DNA from: Lachnospiraceae bacterium
GTDB taxonomy: Bacteria; Bacillota; Clostridia; Lachnospirales; Lachnospiraceae
DNA: 64,000 nt
Assembly (NCBI GenBank): GCA_017450105.1
Contig: JAFSXC010000058.1
Location: 665-64,664, forward strand
Direction of reading: 5' to 3'
Below are positions 1 to 8,707 of the stretch, in pieces. Positions within the stretch are counted from its first letter, which is position 1. Each line of letters opens with the position of its first letter. The notes beneath the pieces were generated by a model. It was not told where the DNA came from and ran no database searches. It saw only the letters and a list, made by a program, of their open reading frames with translations. Position numbers and translations under genes: made by a program.

Positions 1-414
1 GGGGTCGGGATCCAGAATCTTCGGGCTTCCGCCTTCTTTTTTTATGCGGCATAGGGAGTTGGTGTTGACATGGAGGAAGGAGAAGCTGTCGTCCGTGCTC
101 GTATTGTTTCTTACGTAATATACGTAATTGGAATCGACGTTAATGTAGCTGGCGGTATCATCACATAATTTCTTTATTTCACTGCCGTTTCGCTGCATGG
201 AATAGAGCTTGTAATCGTCATCGGGATTGGCAAAATAGACCACATTATCGCTTTCACAGAACAGGCCGGTATTGTAAAGATTTCCGGCGGTATTTCCTTC
301 GGGATAGCCGGTATTGAAGAGGGTTCGCGTAGATAGGTACCGCCAGATTCCGATGCCGGCGGCAAGCGCAATGAGGACGGTCAGGATCAGGATCGTCTTT
401 GCTTTCGAAGCCAT
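1..414 (-). CDS. DUF5050-like membrane-anchored protein, N-terminal 138 codons (gene continues past window start)
   Basis: Own minus-strand translation from the ATG at 414 reads MASKAKTILILTVLIALAAGIGIWRYLSTRTLFNTGYPEGNTAGNLYNTGLFCESDNVVYFANPDDDYKLYSMQRNGSEIKKLCDDTASYINVDSNYVYYVRNN... and stays open to position 1. It has a TM anchor followed by Y..LY..dGs-type repeats typical of DUF5050, with AGGAGG upstream. It is absent from the ORF track because there is no stop codon in the window. Confidence 0.6.
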   Translation of the reverse strand, partial: MASKAKTILILTVLIALAAGIGIWRYLSTRTLFNTGYPEGNTAGNLYNTGLFCESDNVVYFANPDDDYKLYSMQRNGSEIKKLCDDTASYINVDSNYVYYVRNNTSTDDSFSFLHVNTNSLCRIKKEGGSPKILDPDP

Positions 415-438
415 ATTTTTCCGCCTCCTTTCCCCTCT

Positions 439-467
439 ATTTTATTCCTCTTTTCCCCGAACCGCAA
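439..467 (-). promoter_or_regulatory. sigma-A-type promoter for the DUF5050-like gene
   Basis: Minus strand TTGCGG (467-462), 17-nt spacer, TAAAAT (444-439). Confidence 0.4.
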
Positions 468-506
468 GCCGCGAAGGAAAGCCAGTCTGAGAAAACTGTT
501 GACAGG

Positions 507-613
507 ATTACTGTTCACATCCCAGGAGATGGCCTGACTCCTGCTCGGTCCGCACTCCTTGCGGCAACGGTCGGTGCCAAAAAACTACGGCCCTGCCAAT
601 CATGAACAGTAAC
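507..613. repeat. Copy A of a dispersed palindromic intergenic repeat
   Basis: The arms TTACTGTTCACA (508-519) and TGAACAGTAA (603-612) are inverted. The core CCTTGCGGCAACGGTCGG...CGGCCCTGCCAA matches 63110-63150 almost base for base. Confidence 0.6.
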
Positions 614-645
614 AAAACAAAAAACGACGAGCGGGAAGGTGAAAA

Positions 646-669
646 GAGGGTGGTTTCCACTCTCCTTTT
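646..669 (+). terminator. Terminator-like hairpin in the pheA upstream region
   Basis: GAGGGTGG-TTT-CCACTCTC (8 bp including one G.U) followed by CTTTTCT. There is no plus-strand gene upstream. Confidence 0.4.
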
Positions 670-670
670 C

Positions 671-679
671 TGCTATAAT
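671..679 (+). promoter_or_regulatory. Extended -10 element TGCTATAAT for pheA
   Basis: TGnTATAAT lies 39 nt upstream of the pheA ATG. Confidence 0.4.
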
Positions 680-717
680 TGGGTCCGATATCATGAGAAA
701 AAAGTGAGAAAAGAGAT

Positions 718-1869
718 ATGAAGGACAATAAGGATTTAAAGGAATTACGCGAGGAGATCGACGAGATCGACCAAAGGATTGTGGAGCTCTACGAGCATAG
801 GATGAGGTGCTCGGAGGAGGTGGCCGCGGTGAAGCTGAAGCAGGGGATGAATGTGCTGGATAAAAAGCGGGAGATGGAAAAGATCGCTGCCGCTGAAGCG
901 CTGACCCACTCGGAGTTTACCCGCCACGGGGTAAGGGAGCTCTTCGACCAGATTATGACGATGAGCCGTATGCGGCAGTACCAGCTCCTGACGAAGAGCG
1001 GCCAGAAGGAGGAGCCTCCCTTTACAGAGGTCGAGACCCTGTTTCGCGACGATATACGTGTTGTTTACCAGGGGACCGAGGGAGCCTATGCCCAGATGGC
1101 GCTCCATGCGTTCTTCGGGAAGGACCGGAATACCTATAACGTCTATTCCTGGCGTGACGCGATGCGGGAGATCGCTTCGGGCCGCGCGGATTACGCGGTA
1201 CTGCCGTTTGAAAATTCCTCGGCGGGGATCGTGTCGGAAAATTATGACCTTCTGGTGGAATACGATGCGACGATCGTCGGAGAGGAGATCCTGCCGGTGG
1301 AGCATTGCCTTCTGGCGCTGCCCGAGGCGAAGTTTTCGGATATTACCACGGTCTGTTCCCATGCCCAGGCCCTGATGCAGTGCAGCCGTTTTCTGGATAA
1401 GAACCGCCAGATCGAGCGGCTCGGTATGGCCAATACCGCGCTTGCGGCGAAGAAGGTAAAGGAGGACGGAAATATCCATCAGGCGGCCATTGCCTCCGAA
1501 CTGACGGCGGAGCTCTACGGACTCCAGTTTTTATACCACGGGATCCAGAACAGCAAGTCGAATTCCACCCGCTTTCTGATCGTTTCCCACAAAAAGATCT
1601 TTGTCAGCGACGCGAAGAAAATTACCTTATGCTTCGAGCTTCCGGACCGGGGAAGCGTGGTCAGCGGTTCTCTTTATCATGAGTTGTCCCACTTTATCTT
1701 CAACGGTCTGAACATGAATCATATCGAGTCCCGGCCCATCCCGGAAAGGAATTGGGAATACCGTTTCTTTATCGATCTGGACGGGAATTTAAAGGACCCT
1801 GCGGTGATCAATGCCTTAAAGGGACTTTCCGAGGAAACCAGGAATCTGAAGATATTGGGTAATTATTAA
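718..1869 (+). CDS. pheA: Bifunctional chorismate mutase / prephenate dehydratase (P-protein)
   Basis: N-terminal CM_2-type helix (LKELREEIDEIDQRIVELYEHRM), then a PDT domain (VVYQGTEGAYAQMA...TRFLIVS) and a C-terminal ACT-like region. Confidence 0.9.
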   Translation: MKDNKDLKELREEIDEIDQRIVELYEHRMRCSEEVAAVKLKQGMNVLDKKREMEKIAAAEALTHSEFTRHGVRELFDQIMTMSRMRQYQLLTKSGQKEEPPFTEVETLFRDDIRVVYQGTEGAYAQMALHAFFGKDRNTYNVYSWRDAMREIASGRADYAVLPFENSSAGIVSENYDLLVEYDATIVGEEILPVEHCLLALPEAKFSDITTVCSHAQALMQCSRFLDKNRQIERLGMANTALAAKKVKEDGNIHQAAIASELTAELYGLQFLYHGIQNSKSNSTRFLIVSHKKIFVSDAKKITLCFELPDRGSVVSGSLYHELSHFIFNGLNMNHIESRPIPERNWEYRFFIDLDGNLKDPAVINALKGLSEETRNLKILGNY

Positions 1870-1879
1870 GAGGAGCAGG

Positions 1880-3061
1880 ATGGACGAGCTGATATTATTT
1901 CATGAATCGGAAAAGATCTACAGGGATCTGCAGGGAGCGGCCGCGCAAAACGCCCCCTTTGAGGGAGCGGCCAGACTGCTGTCGTTTGCCGCGAAGCACG
2001 GCCTTTCCGGGAACCTGTGGCAGAGATATTTTGCTTATTGCCTCGGAATGGATGAAAATCCCTATTCCCTGGCGGCGGAGAGAAAGGGGAAGGTGACGGG
2101 GACGTTAAGGGATCTCGCGCTGAAGGAGGCCGGCCTTCTTCGGGAGCTCTATTTTTACTTCCCCTGTGAGGACTATCTTTCCGACTTTACGGGGCCGGGA
2201 GAGGAGAAGCTGTGCGGAGAAAAGATCAGGCTTTTGTCCGATGCGCTTTCGAAAACGGGAAATGCAGAGGAGTTTCTTCTGGTGCTGGACCGGTTTTATG
2301 AAACGTGGGGGTGCGGGAGCTTTGCCTTCCATCGGGCCTTCGGTATAAAGGAGCAGGAAGAGGGAGTAAGGCTTGCTCCGATCGAGGGAATGGATGCGAT
2401 TTCGCTTTCGGACCTGGTCGGCTACGAAAAGGCGAAGAAGAAGCTGACGGACAATACCGAAAGCTTTCTTGCCGGACAGCGCGCGAACAACTGTATGCTC
2501 TACGGGGACGCCGGTACCGGAAAATCCTCGAGCATCAAGGCCATTGCCAATCAATATTATCCGAAGGGCCTTCGGCTGATCGAGCTTTATAAGCATGAGA
2601 TCCGCCTGCTGCCGAGGGTGATCGAGAAGGTCCGGGACCGGAATTACCGGTTCATCGTTTACATGGATGATCTGTCCTTTGAGGAATTTGAAACGGACTA
2701 TAAATACCTGAAGGCGGCGATCGAGGGAGGCTTAAGGGGGAAGCCCGAAAACCTTCTGATCTATGCGACGAGCAACCGCCGGCATCTGATCCGGGAAAGC
2801 TTTTCGGACCGGGACGGGAGCGACCTTCATCGGAACGAAACGGTGCAGGAGAAGCAGAGCCTGTCCGCCCGGTTCGGGGTATCGATCTACTTCGGGTCGC
2901 CGGAAAAGAAGGAGTACCACGAGATCGTGCGGCGCCTTTCCGAACGCGCCGGAATCAATCTCCCGGAGAAGGAGCTTTTCGCACAGGCCGACCAGTGGGA
3001 GATCATGCACGGAGGGCGTTCCGGACGTACGGCGCAGCAGTTCATCAATCATCTGCTGTGA
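1880..3061 (+). CDS. DUF815-family AAA ATPase
   Basis: P-loop LYGDAGTGKSSSIKAIAN and overall length fit the DUF815 family. The start is 11 nt after pheA. Confidence 0.75.
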   Translation: MDELILFHESEKIYRDLQGAAAQNAPFEGAARLLSFAAKHGLSGNLWQRYFAYCLGMDENPYSLAAERKGKVTGTLRDLALKEAGLLRELYFYFPCEDYLSDFTGPGEEKLCGEKIRLLSDALSKTGNAEEFLLVLDRFYETWGCGSFAFHRAFGIKEQEEGVRLAPIEGMDAISLSDLVGYEKAKKKLTDNTESFLAGQRANNCMLYGDAGTGKSSSIKAIANQYYPKGLRLIELYKHEIRLLPRVIEKVRDRNYRFIVYMDDLSFEEFETDYKYLKAAIEGGLRGKPENLLIYATSNRRHLIRESFSDRDGSDLHRNETVQEKQSLSARFGVSIYFGSPEKKEYHEIVRRLSERAGINLPEKELFAQADQWEIMHGGRSGRTAQQFINHLL

Positions 3062-3134
3062 AACGGCCTTCCTGACCGCAGAAGCGGTTGAAAAGGGCAT
3101 AGTATAGATAATTTAGAGAGGAAAGGAGAGTCAC

Positions 3135-4673
3135 ATGTCTGAAAAGATAACCATGTTTGCGTCCGTGTATATCGGAACGTCGGAGATCAGCATGAAGCTC
3201 TTTGAGCTTTCCAGAAGCAGAAAGCTCCGTATCATCGACTATCTGAGAAGGCGGTTTGACCTCGGGAAGGAGACGCTGAGAAACGGCGCGATCCCGGCGC
3301 TGGCCATGGACGAGCTGTGCCAGTGTCTTATGGAATACCGGAGGATCATGGAAGGGTACGGGGTAGATAATTACAGCGCCTATGCGGGACCCTTTTTAGA
3401 GTCTGCGATCAATGCGGATTTCGTGCTGGAGCAGGTCCGGATCCGAACGGGCCTGGTGGCCACGATCCTGAGCAATACCGAGCAGCGCTTCATCAGCTAC
3501 AAATCCGCGGCCTGCCGGGACGACTTTGACGAGCGCGTGGAGCAGGGCGCGGCGGTCGTGGATATCGGTGGGGATTCGATCCAGATTACCCTGTTCTCCG
3601 GCGGGGAGGTGGTGACCACCCAGCATCTGATCCTCGGGACGTTAAGGATCAGGGAGCGCCTCCACGACGTTCTCGGTACCTCACAGAGGGGCTACCGCCA
3701 GCAGATCGTGGAGCTCGTGGACAAGGAGATGGAGGTCTTCAAGGAGCTGTATCTGAAGGGCAGCAGTTTGAATTACATGATCCTGATCGGGGATTACTGT
3801 ACCGAGATCATGAAAAAGGTATCGAAGAAGAAGGATGCGCCAGAGGTGGATACGAAGGAGTTCCTGAAGCTGGCCAACAAGCTTTCGGACCGGAATCTCG
3901 CCGAGGTGGCCAAGGAGCTGATGCTGACGAACGAGTCGGATCCGCGGCTTCTGCCGACGCTCCTTCTGACCAAGCGGATCGCGGAGGTCTTAAAGCCCGA
4001 GGCGGTCTGGGTCCCGGGAAGCAATATCAGCGACGGCATTGCCTATGATTTTGCGCAGAAGAAAAAGATCTTTCCGATCCGCCATGACTTCGACCGGGAT
4101 GTACGTTCTGCGGCGATCCATATGGCGAAGCGCTATGAGAGCTATTCCTCCCATGTGGCGGCGCAGGTCGAGATCTGCGATATTATCTTCGACGCGATGA
4201 AGAAGGTACACGGTATGGGAAAGCGGGAGCGGCTTCTTCTGGAAACCGCCGCGATCCTGCACGACTGCGGAAAATACATCAGCTCCGTGGACGCGGCGAT
4301 GTGCTCCTACAATGTGATCATGTACTCTGAGATCATGGGGATCTCCGCCCAGGAGCGCTCGGTGGTGGCGGCCTCGGTGAAGTATAATGTCCATCCTCTG
4401 CCGCCGTTTGAGGAGACCGAGGAACGGATGGATTTTGAAACCTATATGATGGTGGCAAAGCTTTCGGCGATCCTTCGTCTTTCCAATGCTCTGGACCGGA
4501 GCCACCGCCAGAAGATCAGGGAATTAAAGGCGCGGCGGAACGGGAGAGAGCTGATCCTGACCGTACGGACGGAGGACAATATCCAGCTCGAAAAGAATGT
4601 GCTTTCCGCCAAGGCGGAGGCATTTGAACGGGTTTACGGATACCTTCCTGTGCTCAAGGAGCGCAGGCTCTAA
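3135..4673 (+). CDS. ppx: Ppx/GppA-family exopolyphosphatase with C-terminal HD domain
   Basis: ASKHA-fold N-terminus (ASVYIGTSEISMKLFE, VVDIGGDSIQI) and an HD region (AAILHDCGKYIS). AAAGGAG RBS. Confidence 0.85.
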   Translation: MSEKITMFASVYIGTSEISMKLFELSRSRKLRIIDYLRRRFDLGKETLRNGAIPALAMDELCQCLMEYRRIMEGYGVDNYSAYAGPFLESAINADFVLEQVRIRTGLVATILSNTEQRFISYKSAACRDDFDERVEQGAAVVDIGGDSIQITLFSGGEVVTTQHLILGTLRIRERLHDVLGTSQRGYRQQIVELVDKEMEVFKELYLKGSSLNYMILIGDYCTEIMKKVSKKKDAPEVDTKEFLKLANKLSDRNLAEVAKELMLTNESDPRLLPTLLLTKRIAEVLKPEAVWVPGSNISDGIAYDFAQKKKIFPIRHDFDRDVRSAAIHMAKRYESYSSHVAAQVEICDIIFDAMKKVHGMGKRERLLLETAAILHDCGKYISSVDAAMCSYNVIMYSEIMGISAQERSVVAASVKYNVHPLPPFEETEERMDFETYMMVAKLSAILRLSNALDRSHRQKIRELKARRNGRELILTVRTEDNIQLEKNVLSAKAEAFERVYGYLPVLKERRL

Positions 4674-4683
4674 GGAGGTTGTT

Positions 4684-6849
4684 ATGGGAAAAGAGATTGA
4701 TCTTTGGGACAGTAAGTATTATGAGAACCGGGAGCTTTCCTGGCTGAAGTTTGATCAGAGAGTGCTGGCGGAGGCGAAGGACAAGAGCATCCCGCTTCTG
4801 GAACGCCTGAAATTCATCAGCATCACGAGCTCGAATCTGGATGAGTTTTTCATGGTGCGCGTGGCCTCCTTAAGAGACCAGATCTCTGCGGACTATAAGG
4901 GCGTGGACATCGCCGGGATGACGGCGGCGGAACAGCTCGAGCGGATCTCCCAGGATACGAGGGACCTGGTGCAGAGCCAGTATACGGCCTATAACCGCTC
5001 GCTGGTACCGCTGATGGCGCAGAAGGGGATCCGGGTCATCGACCGGTATGAGGACCTGACCGAGAGCCAGGCCCGGTTTGCAGACCGCTATTTTGATGAG
5101 AATGTGTATCCGGTGCTGACGCCGATGGCGGTGGATGCGTCCAGACCCTTCCCGCTGATCCGGAACAGGACCCTGAACATTGTATCCCGGCTGAAGAAGA
5201 AAAAGGGAGCGAAGCTGAAGATCTCCGGAGAGAAGGACGCGGAATACGCGACGGTCCAGGTCCCTTCGGTGCTGCCGCGGCTGGTGCAGATCCCCGGCGA
5301 GGAGGAAGGGGAGAGGGCTGTATTTCTCCTTCTGGAGCAGGTGATCGAGGGGAATATCGCCAAGCTCTATCTGAACTATGACGTTGAGGCCTCCCATCCC
5401 TACCGCATTATGCGAAATGCCGATCTCTCGATCGATGAGGACGACGCCGAGGACCTTCTGAAGGAGATCCAGAAGCAGCTTAAGATGCGGCAGTGGGGCG
5501 AGGTGATCCGGCTGGAGGTGGAGGATTCCATTGACAAAAAGCTCTTGAAGTTTTTGCGGGAGCAGCTCGATGTCCGGGACGATGAGGCCGTCTACCGGAT
5601 CAACGGGCCCATTGACCTGACCTTTTTGATGAAGCTCTACGGCCTGAAGGGATATGACGAGGACCGGTATGCGCCCTATGTACCGGTGCAGGTCCCGGAG
5701 ATCCCGGCGGGAGGCGATATCTTTGCGGCGATCCGCAAGGGGGATATATTTTTACACCACCCGTACCAGACCTTTGATCCGGTGGTGGAATTCATACACC
5801 GCTCCGCCATCGACCCGAATGTGCTGGCCATCAAGCAGACCCTTTACCGGGTCAGCGGAAATTCTCCGATCATCGCCTCGCTTGCGCTTGCCGCGGAAAA
5901 CGGAAAACAGGTGACGGTGCTGGTCGAGCTGAAGGCCAGGTTTGACGAGGAAAACAACATCGGCTGGGCGAAGATGCTGGAGAAGGCCGGCTGCCATGTG
6001 ATCTACGGTCTTGTGGGCTTAAAGACCCACAGCAAGATCGCGCTGGTCGTACGCCGCGAGGAGGAAGGCATCCGCAGATACGTCCATCTCGGAACCGGAA
6101 ACTATAACGATTCCACGGCCAGACTGTATACGGACTGCGGGATCTTTACCTGCTCGGAGGATATGGGAGAGGATGCCACGGCGGTGTTTAACATGCTGTC
6201 CGGCTATTCGGAGCCGGCGAGCTGGAACCGGCTGGCGGTGGCGCCTCTTTGGCTTCGGAATACCTTCCTGTCCCTGATCCGAAGGGAACGGGATTTTGCC
6301 GCAAACGGAAAGGAAGGGCGGATCGTTGCCAAGATGAATTCCTTATGCGACAAGGAGATCATCGAGGCCTTATACGAGGCCAGCAACGCGGGGGTCGAGA
6401 TCGACCTGATCGTAAGAGGAATCTGCTGTCTGAAGACCGGGATCCCGGGCGTATCGGAGAATATCAGAGTCCGCTCCATCGTGGGGAATTTCCTCGAGCA
6501 CAGCCGGATCTTCTACTTCCTGAACAACGGCGACGAGGAGATCTATATGGGAAGCTCCGACTGGATGCCGCGGAATCTCGACCGCCGGGTGGAGATCATC
6601 TTCCCGGTGCTGGAGGATTCCTTAAAGGAGAAGGCGAAGCACATCCTTAAAGTCGAGCTGGAGGACAACGTCAAGGCGAACGTGCTGCAGAGCGACGGAA
6701 CCTACCACAAGGTGGACCGGCGCGGAAAGCAGAAGCTGAATTCCCAGGAGGTGTTCTGCCATGAGGCAAAGCTCCTTGTGGAAAAGGCCCAGGACCTGAA
6801 GACGCAGAGACTGTTCATTCCCATTATGGCTGAGGACGAGGAGGCTTGA
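4684..6849 (+). CDS. ppk1: Polyphosphate kinase 1
   Basis: YYENRELSWLKFDQRVLAEA is an N-terminus typical of PPK1, and two PLD-like C-terminal domains are present. I place the start at ATG 4684 (AAGGAGG at 4672-4678) rather than at the ORF-track 4597. Confidence 0.9.
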   Translation: MGKEIDLWDSKYYENRELSWLKFDQRVLAEAKDKSIPLLERLKFISITSSNLDEFFMVRVASLRDQISADYKGVDIAGMTAAEQLERISQDTRDLVQSQYTAYNRSLVPLMAQKGIRVIDRYEDLTESQARFADRYFDENVYPVLTPMAVDASRPFPLIRNRTLNIVSRLKKKKGAKLKISGEKDAEYATVQVPSVLPRLVQIPGEEEGERAVFLLLEQVIEGNIAKLYLNYDVEASHPYRIMRNADLSIDEDDAEDLLKEIQKQLKMRQWGEVIRLEVEDSIDKKLLKFLREQLDVRDDEAVYRINGPIDLTFLMKLYGLKGYDEDRYAPYVPVQVPEIPAGGDIFAAIRKGDIFLHHPYQTFDPVVEFIHRSAIDPNVLAIKQTLYRVSGNSPIIASLALAAENGKQVTVLVELKARFDEENNIGWAKMLEKAGCHVIYGLVGLKTHSKIALVVRREEEGIRRYVHLGTGNYNDSTARLYTDCGIFTCSEDMGEDATAVFNMLSGYSEPASWNRLAVAPLWLRNTFLSLIRRERDFAANGKEGRIVAKMNSLCDKEIIEALYEASNAGVEIDLIVRGICCLKTGIPGVSENIRVRSIVGNFLEHSRIFYFLNNGDEEIYMGSSDWMPRNLDRRVEIIFPVLEDSLKEKAKHILKVELEDNVKANVLQSDGTYHKVDRRGKQKLNSQEVFCHEAKLLVEKAQDLKTQRLFIPIMAEDEEA

Positions 6850-8549
6850 CGGGAGAGCGAGTGCTGACCCGCCTTTGGGAGGCCTGGAAACAGAGGGTAA
6901 AGGGTGCTCTTGCTTTGTCGCTGCTTCTTGGGTTTTGCCAGATATACGGAGACAGGGTGGTTCTCGGGATCAGATATGAAACTTCGGGAGCCGCTCTTTT
7001 CTCCGTACTTTTGTATAGCCTTCTCTGGTTTCTTCTGATCCATGTACTGTATTTTCTGCTGAATAAATTCGCAAAGAGAGAAACGCTTTCAATCTCCTTC
7101 CGGTTCTGCTTCCTTTTTCTTCTGATCGCCTACATCGTGCCGCTGCTTCTGAAGCTTCCGGCAGCGAATTCGATGGATGTCTATCACCAGATCAATCAGG
7201 TCCTCGGAGAGGAGCCTCTGACCACCCACCATCCGGTCTTTCATACCCTGTTTCTCGGGCTCTTTATCCGAGGGGGACTGGCGCTTGGAAATGCAGACCT
7301 CGGCGTCTTCCTTTTCGTGCTTCTGGAAACGGTCTTTACGGCCTATGCCTTTGCAAACGGCCTTCAGCTTTTAAAGCGTCTGCAGGCTCCGGGATGGGTG
7401 ATCGTTTTTTCCCTGCTTTTCTTTGCTCTGAGTCCGCACATCACGGGGTGGATCGGACAGACCACCAAGGACGTTTATTACAGTGCCTTTTTTGTGCTCT
7501 TTTTTACGGAGCTTGCTTCCTTTTTGTTCGAACGTGAGCAGGTGCTCCGGGATAAGTGCTTCTGGATCATCTTTCTTCTTTCGGCGGTGTTCTTATCCCT
7601 CTTTCGGAACAACGGATTTTACGTCGTTGCTCCGACGGCGCTGGTCCTGATCATACGGGAATGCAGGCTTACCTCCCTTCGCGAGGCTAAGCTTACCCTT
7701 CTGCTGCTTCTTCTCCTGGCGGCTTTTCCCTTTGGCATGCGGGCCCTGGTGAACAATGCTTATGGGGCAGAGAAGGGGAGTGTTGCGGAGGCCCTGTCGC
7801 TGCCCATCCAGCAGACGGCGCGGCTGGTCCGGGAGGATAAAAAGCTTATCACGCCTGAGGAAAAAAAGGTGATCAATAAGGTCCTGCCCTTTAAGGAGCT
7901 TTCAGAGCTTTACAACGAAACGATCTCGGATCCGGTCAAGGACCGCTTTAAAAAAAGCGCATCGACAAAGGATGTCTTAAATTACCTCGGTGTCTGGGCG
8001 AAGGAATTTTTCCGGGCTCCCCTGATCTATCTGGAGGCCACGGCCCGGCAGAATATTTATCTTCTCTATATGGGCTGTTCCAATTATGAGTATTATCTGG
8101 AAGCAAACGGAAGGGTGCCGGACTTTTCCATGTTTCACTCCCCGCGGTTTGTACGGGACCTGCGGGATGACTACGAAACCTTCCTGAACAGACTGCATAC
8201 GGCCCCTGTTCTTTCCGAGTTTAACAACATGGCCCTGTATGTGATCCTTTCGCTCCTTTTCGGGCTGTACGGAATACGGCAGAAGCATAAGGGCTTCGGC
8301 TGCCTTATGCTGCCGGTCTGCCTCTCCGAGCTCATCATCGTGGCAGCGCCCTGCATCCTCGGTCATGTACGCTATGCCTTCCCGATCATCTGGACGATGC
8401 CGCTTGCGCTGGGAGTCCTGGTTTCGCTCAACAGGGGGCTTCCTGTTCAAAACGAAGCAAAGGATCCCGCCATGCCGGAGAAGGAAACCCGGGAAACGGA
8501 GCAGAAGGAGGGAAATGAAATTTCTCTTGACACAGAAGAAAGAAAATGA
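6846..8549 (+). CDS. Large polytopic membrane protein (possibly DUF6020 / GT-C-like)
   Basis: A 567-aa ORF with many hydrophobic segments. The TTG start overlaps the ppk1 stop and is uncertain (GTG 6861 is an alternative). The family assignment is from memory only. Confidence 0.6.
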   Translation: MTGERVLTRLWEAWKQRVKGALALSLLLGFCQIYGDRVVLGIRYETSGAALFSVLLYSLLWFLLIHVLYFLLNKFAKRETLSISFRFCFLFLLIAYIVPLLLKLPAANSMDVYHQINQVLGEEPLTTHHPVFHTLFLGLFIRGGLALGNADLGVFLFVLLETVFTAYAFANGLQLLKRLQAPGWVIVFSLLFFALSPHITGWIGQTTKDVYYSAFFVLFFTELASFLFEREQVLRDKCFWIIFLLSAVFLSLFRNNGFYVVAPTALVLIIRECRLTSLREAKLTLLLLLLLAAFPFGMRALVNNAYGAEKGSVAEALSLPIQQTARLVREDKKLITPEEKKVINKVLPFKELSELYNETISDPVKDRFKKSASTKDVLNYLGVWAKEFFRAPLIYLEATARQNIYLLYMGCSNYEYYLEANGRVPDFSMFHSPRFVRDLRDDYETFLNRLHTAPVLSEFNNMALYVILSLLFGLYGIRQKHKGFGCLMLPVCLSELIIVAAPCILGHVRYAFPIIWTMPLALGVLVSLNRGLPVQNEAKDPAMPEKETRETEQKEGNEISLDTEERK

Positions 8550-8559
8550 TATCTTCTAA

Positions 8560-8685
8560 ACGTTGCAGGAAGCAGAGGTTCCACTCTCACCTTAGCGCGA
8601 TCGGGCGACTCGGGTAACAGCAGCGCGAATAGCAGTGTTCGTTTGCTTATCGTATGGATCCTTTGCGGGATCTATTTTTTTGACC
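8560..8685 (+). promoter_or_regulatory. Probable ribosomal protein L20 leader / attenuator upstream of infC-rpmI-rplT
   Basis: A structured 5' region ends in the hairpin ATGGATCC-TTTGCG-GGATCTAT plus a T7 tract (8653-8682). Position and attenuator architecture match the Firmicute L20 leader. Confidence 0.5.
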
Positions 8686-8707
8686 TTGGTTAGGGGAGGA
8701 TAAAACC

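Noticed and set aside
499-717. A T-box riboswitch (Phe) or a Phe-rich leader peptide upstream of pheA. The GGGTGGTTTCC stretch and the F-rich ORF 399-605 prompted the idea.
   Set aside because: The GGTGG lies in the 5' arm of the terminator hairpin rather than in an antiterminator bulge. I found no specifier loop, AGAGA/GNUGGNA elements or alternative antiterminator pairing. ORF 399-605 is the reverse complement of the DUF5050 promoter and N-terminus, and it ends 110 nt before pheA.
745-1479. Long antisense or alternative-frame ORFs throughout the window, for example 745-1479(-), 13309-14337(-), 22166-23353(-), 40854-42104(-), 19280-20347(-) and 25916-26899(-).
   Set aside because: They lie entirely within well-supported genes on the other strand or in another frame. 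They have Arg/Pro/Gly-rich low-complexity translations typical of shadow ORFs in GC-rich DNA, and they lack RBSs.
4597-4683. N-terminal extensions suggested by the ORF track. Examples are ppk1 from 4597, ribF from 17913, rpsO from 20259, cmk from 33104, rpsA from 34613, rnfC from 37546, the GGDEF gene from 42548 and the U32 gene from 47748.
   Set aside because: Each extension overlaps the preceding gene and lacks an RBS. An internal ATG preceded by a good Shine-Dalgarno sequence reproduces the conserved family N-terminus.
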